This document shows, piece after piece, positions 60,701 to 64,000 of a stretch of 64,000 nucleotides of DNA; position 1 is the stretch's first letter; the number at the start of each line of letters is the position of its first letter. The translations under genes and the position numbers were made by a program. The notes below the pieces were generated by a model that saw only the letters and a list, made by a program, of their open reading frames with translations, was not told the DNA's origin and ran no database searches. The DNA is from Fimbriosthenelais zetlandica. Its lineage: Eukaryota. The stretch lies in NCBI GenBank assembly GCA_977030845.1, contig OZ365114.1, forward strand, positions 17,360,001 to 17,424,000, in the 5' to 3' direction.

Positions 60701-62833
60701 GCTGGCAGGAGTGGAGGCGGCAGTCTAATGTATAAGGACGAGGTAGAAACATTGCTTCCTGCTTCTGTCTTTCCAATGGCCATCCTCTTCATGAAGTATG
60801 AATCGCCTCAGCTGTGGCTTTCACCTGCTCCATGTACTTCATTACGTGACATCCGGGCTTTACAATCTTGCCTCGATGAGCCAATATAATATGATTTCAT
60901 TCTCAGGATGTGCTCAAACTTTAACATCATTTCGAATGCACTTCCCGGTGATGGCAAAGAAGAATCAGACTGTATCCTGGTGTATGGCAACTCCAAAGGG
61001 AAGATGTGAGGAAACTAGGAACATGAGGGTGCATGTATGATACACCAAAACAGAAGGTAGAAGCAATGTTCTCAAGAGACGAGCTATTGGTCTCAATTGA
61101 TCATCACAAAGAGGATGTTTTACCTTGTTATTAAAGGATATATCACAACATCCGATCTTCAAAGATGAACTTGAACACATACAGTACATGTGTTTTATCT
61201 CATTATGACCACACTGTGCAGCCAATTACAAAGTCATAAAGATCTCGATAAAGTCAGCAATGATTGTGCATCGAGTGTTTGCACTGCTTCAAAAAGCGAT
61301 GTTTCATCAATATTTGCAATGTGCCACTTCTCTAACTGAAGTGATGGAAATCACGAATGGCTGCATAAATCCAGTTTGTTCGATAATTTATTCATTGGCT
61401 TGTTGTCCAAAGCCAAATTCGGATTGATTATTTGAACAGAATAAATATAAAAATATGTTCATTGTATTTATAATCATTGCTGGTCAAATTGTTAACTATG
61501 GACGATCTTGGCACGTTACTTTTTTTTAACTATTCTCTGTAATTTCCATCACTGGCTCAGCTAGCTGACCAAAATCATTCTGGATTGTTCAATTTTAGAT
61601 TTTATTCAAACATTGTGGCGAGTGTCTCAGAGACAAAAGAAGGGACATGCAATAAGGCACGTTCAATATTGAAATTTTCTCATTTTGATGAGGATGAAGC
61701 TGGTCATCATTTAATCTTTGCCTTCCAGATGCACCCATAAAAGGCATTAAACACAAGAAACCCACGTCTGCCGCAGCTACAGACCTCCAGGCATACATTT
61801 AATTTGCCTGTTTGGGTTCCTCATGATGGTAAATTCATTACAAGGGATGAACATGTGGACCAGTCTCAATCAGTTAGAGTACTGCCCCACCCCGTCACTC
61901 TCCCACTTCCCTTTTATTGACCAGAAGGTCCCGCCAACACACTCTTAAAACTGAACAGGAAATAACTATCAAAATGTGATATAGCTCAGCTCGAGTTATT
62001 AGATAACAGTGGAGATTCGTTTGCAACCCGTATAATGGACATCTGAGAAGTGGGTGGGGAGTTTCCCAATGACAATCTTCCATCCTTTGCATGTAGATCA
62101 AGGTTGTGTGTTTTTAAGGAGTGTAGAATGGGTAGTAGCATCAGAGTATATTGGATTAGCTTTATGGATTAGCCTAATGTATCACAGAATAGTGGCGTTG
62201 TGGCGAGTGGCTCTTGACTGGCGGGTTGTTTTGTACCCTGGGAGCGAGCAGTCCACTGAACGCTTCCCTCTGATGACCTGCCGATTGCTACTTTATTAGC
62301 AATGATGCTGACCCAGACCTGGTGGCGCCACGGACGGCGGCGGTCAACATTAGTGCCACTCACTGGGTCTTCCCTTCTCAAAGTCTGATCCAATCGCTCT
62401 CAAGAAGCATACTGATTTACAATGCATCCATTGCTATCTGGTCCTCCTACTTACCCACCAATCCCCCTTCATCCTTCATTCCCCCAACTCTCTCTATCAA
62501 TCCACTATCCTTCTTCGGTTGGTTCATCCTTATGGGAGGCGAGGGAAGCGCACCTTCCTCTCTCGGTAGGGGTTTTCTATTATATGTATGAAAAATACGA
62601 GACTACAATATAATATTGAGATGGATGAAGATGTGGGATAAGCGCACCAAACGCCCAAGATTCAGCAATGGCAGTTCCCAAAGCCACCCAAACAAACCAG
62701 CACCAGTGTCAGAGACTCAAGCATCTTTTTACCTCTTGTCAATAGCATAAAGCCTTAGTGCCCAGTCTCGCTCTCAGTTGTTCCGACAGTTTATTGCAAT
62801 CTCAACCTTTTAAAACCATTTTTTTCTTTCCAG

Positions 62834-62941
62834 ACACATCTGGGTGACGTCACTGGACATCACTTCTGCTGGCGCTCCTGCGAGGAGGACCAGAAAGAGA
62901 AAGTGGTTGTGGGGGAATATACGAGACAGGATGAGAAGTTG
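62834..62941 (+). other. Candidate upstream exon of gene 2 (5' UTR or in-frame coding)
   Basis: Strong acceptor ccattttttctttccag (AG 62832-33) and moderate donor TTG|GTAAAC (62942); open throughout in the frame that joins the 63202 exon. Confidence 0.45.
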
Positions 62942-63217
62942 GTAAACGCGGGCAAGAAAAGCTGAACATGTCTGTAGGTCCAGAACTGGATAACAAGGAA
63001 GCAATCCAAAGGATGTCAACCATTGAACAGGGACTCAGTGCATACCAGTCACTCTTCCAATGACGTTAACACTATCTTTAACAAGACTAGCTGCATCCCA
63101 AGCTGCAGCAACATTCCCACTTCACTCACTGTGCGCCAAACCGCGCTGCGAAGATAGCAACGACACCAGCGGTGGACAGGAGAATTGCTTGTCCTTATCA
63201 GTTGGATTGTGGGAAAG

Positions 63218-63346
63218 ATGGGTGCCTTGCTACGGCGTCCCACTTGGACAGAAAGGGAAAGTGAAGTGATCGCTGATTGGATAGCACATGATTCACGAAC
63301 GCGTCCTCTAGGCAGGATCTTCCGGTGTCCCATGTGTTGCTATAAT
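63218..63346 (+). CDS. KCNMB: KCNMB-like gene 2 (tandem paralog), exon homologous to gene 1 coding exon 1; the rest lies beyond the window
   Basis: Reads MGALLRRPTWTERESEVIADWIAHDSRTRPLGRIFRCPMCCYN then GTAAGT at 63347. It is 21/36 identical to gene 1 PRWTKTESKVVQEWIEQDSYSRPLGRFVRCPKCCYS, with the same phase-0 intron after CCYx and the same aagATGg start context. Acceptor ttgcttgtccttatcag (AG 63200-01). Confidence 0.85.
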
Positions 63347-64000
63347 GTAAGTATTAATGCATGAAATAAGTTTATCTCATGCAGATAAACAATCACATTG
63401 ATCAAACTTTTCCATCAGTAATTAAATGACACTGATCTGGAATTTGAGAGTTTCTAGTCCTGTAGCAAGAACCACCTCATAATCTGGGGGTATTTCCAGC
63501 CGTTAACCACAGCTTGCACATTTAGCTGAAGGCAGATAATTGGTAACAAAAATCTCCTCTAAAATGACTAACTGCATCTACTACAAAAACTGCTTGACAA
63601 ATGAGTGATGACCTATGACTTCCCTGCAGTACTTTTGGGCCCATATTTTACCAAAACTTCACATAACGTTTCCTCTAAATCAAAAGTAGATTTTAACCAA
63701 TCGGAAATTAAAAATGTCAACATCTTCCGAAAGGAGATTAGGAGATTATGCTGCCATGATGCCAAAACAATGCATAGTCCTTGAGCTGTAGAACTTTCTT
63801 AGCTTCCTCAGTGGTGGATCTTATAAGATTCATGTGCTGTATCGCATTCAGTATTCACCAGCCTGTATTGTAAATCAACCTACAGCCCATATTTGTCTTG
63901 TTTAAGATTCCACTGCAGTTAAAGCCTCTGTGATTGAAAGATAGAGGCCCTTGAGACAGACCATCATTCTTCTGAATATCAGCTAACCCCATTCAATCAC

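Noticed and set aside
1-64000. Prokaryotic-type systems (CRISPR arrays, operons, defence islands), tRNA and rRNA genes
   Set aside because: DNA is spliceosomal-intron-containing and gene-poor; no regularly spaced repeat-spacer array, tRNA cloverleaf or rRNA signature was seen.

Overview
This is eukaryotic, intron-rich animal genomic DNA (roughly 40% GC by eye; species not identifiable, probably a non-vertebrate marine animal). Nearly all ORFs in the six-frame track are chance ORFs. By joining GT-AG splice sites by hand I reconstructed one complete 7-coding-exon gene on the + strand (17757-40289; 300 aa, or 312 aa with an alternative donor). All six intron phases close correctly. It encodes a two-transmembrane protein of the BK (Slo1) channel beta-subunit family (KCNMB/CaKB-like). 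It has an 8-cysteine extracellular loop, a Cys-rich N-terminus, an unusually long acidic C-tail and a C-terminal class I PDZ-type motif (-SEV). A tandem paralog begins at 63218-63346 with the same N-terminal motif (21/36 identical residues) and the same phase-0 intron, and runs off the window. It may have an in-frame N-terminal extension from exons at 51742 and 62834. The rest of the window is intronic or intergenic: degenerate LINE and Gypsy remnants, several promoter-like motif clusters, a CpG-rich palindromic tandem duplication, a poly-G tract and a telomere-like palindrome. I found no rRNA, tRNA or CRISPR arrays.
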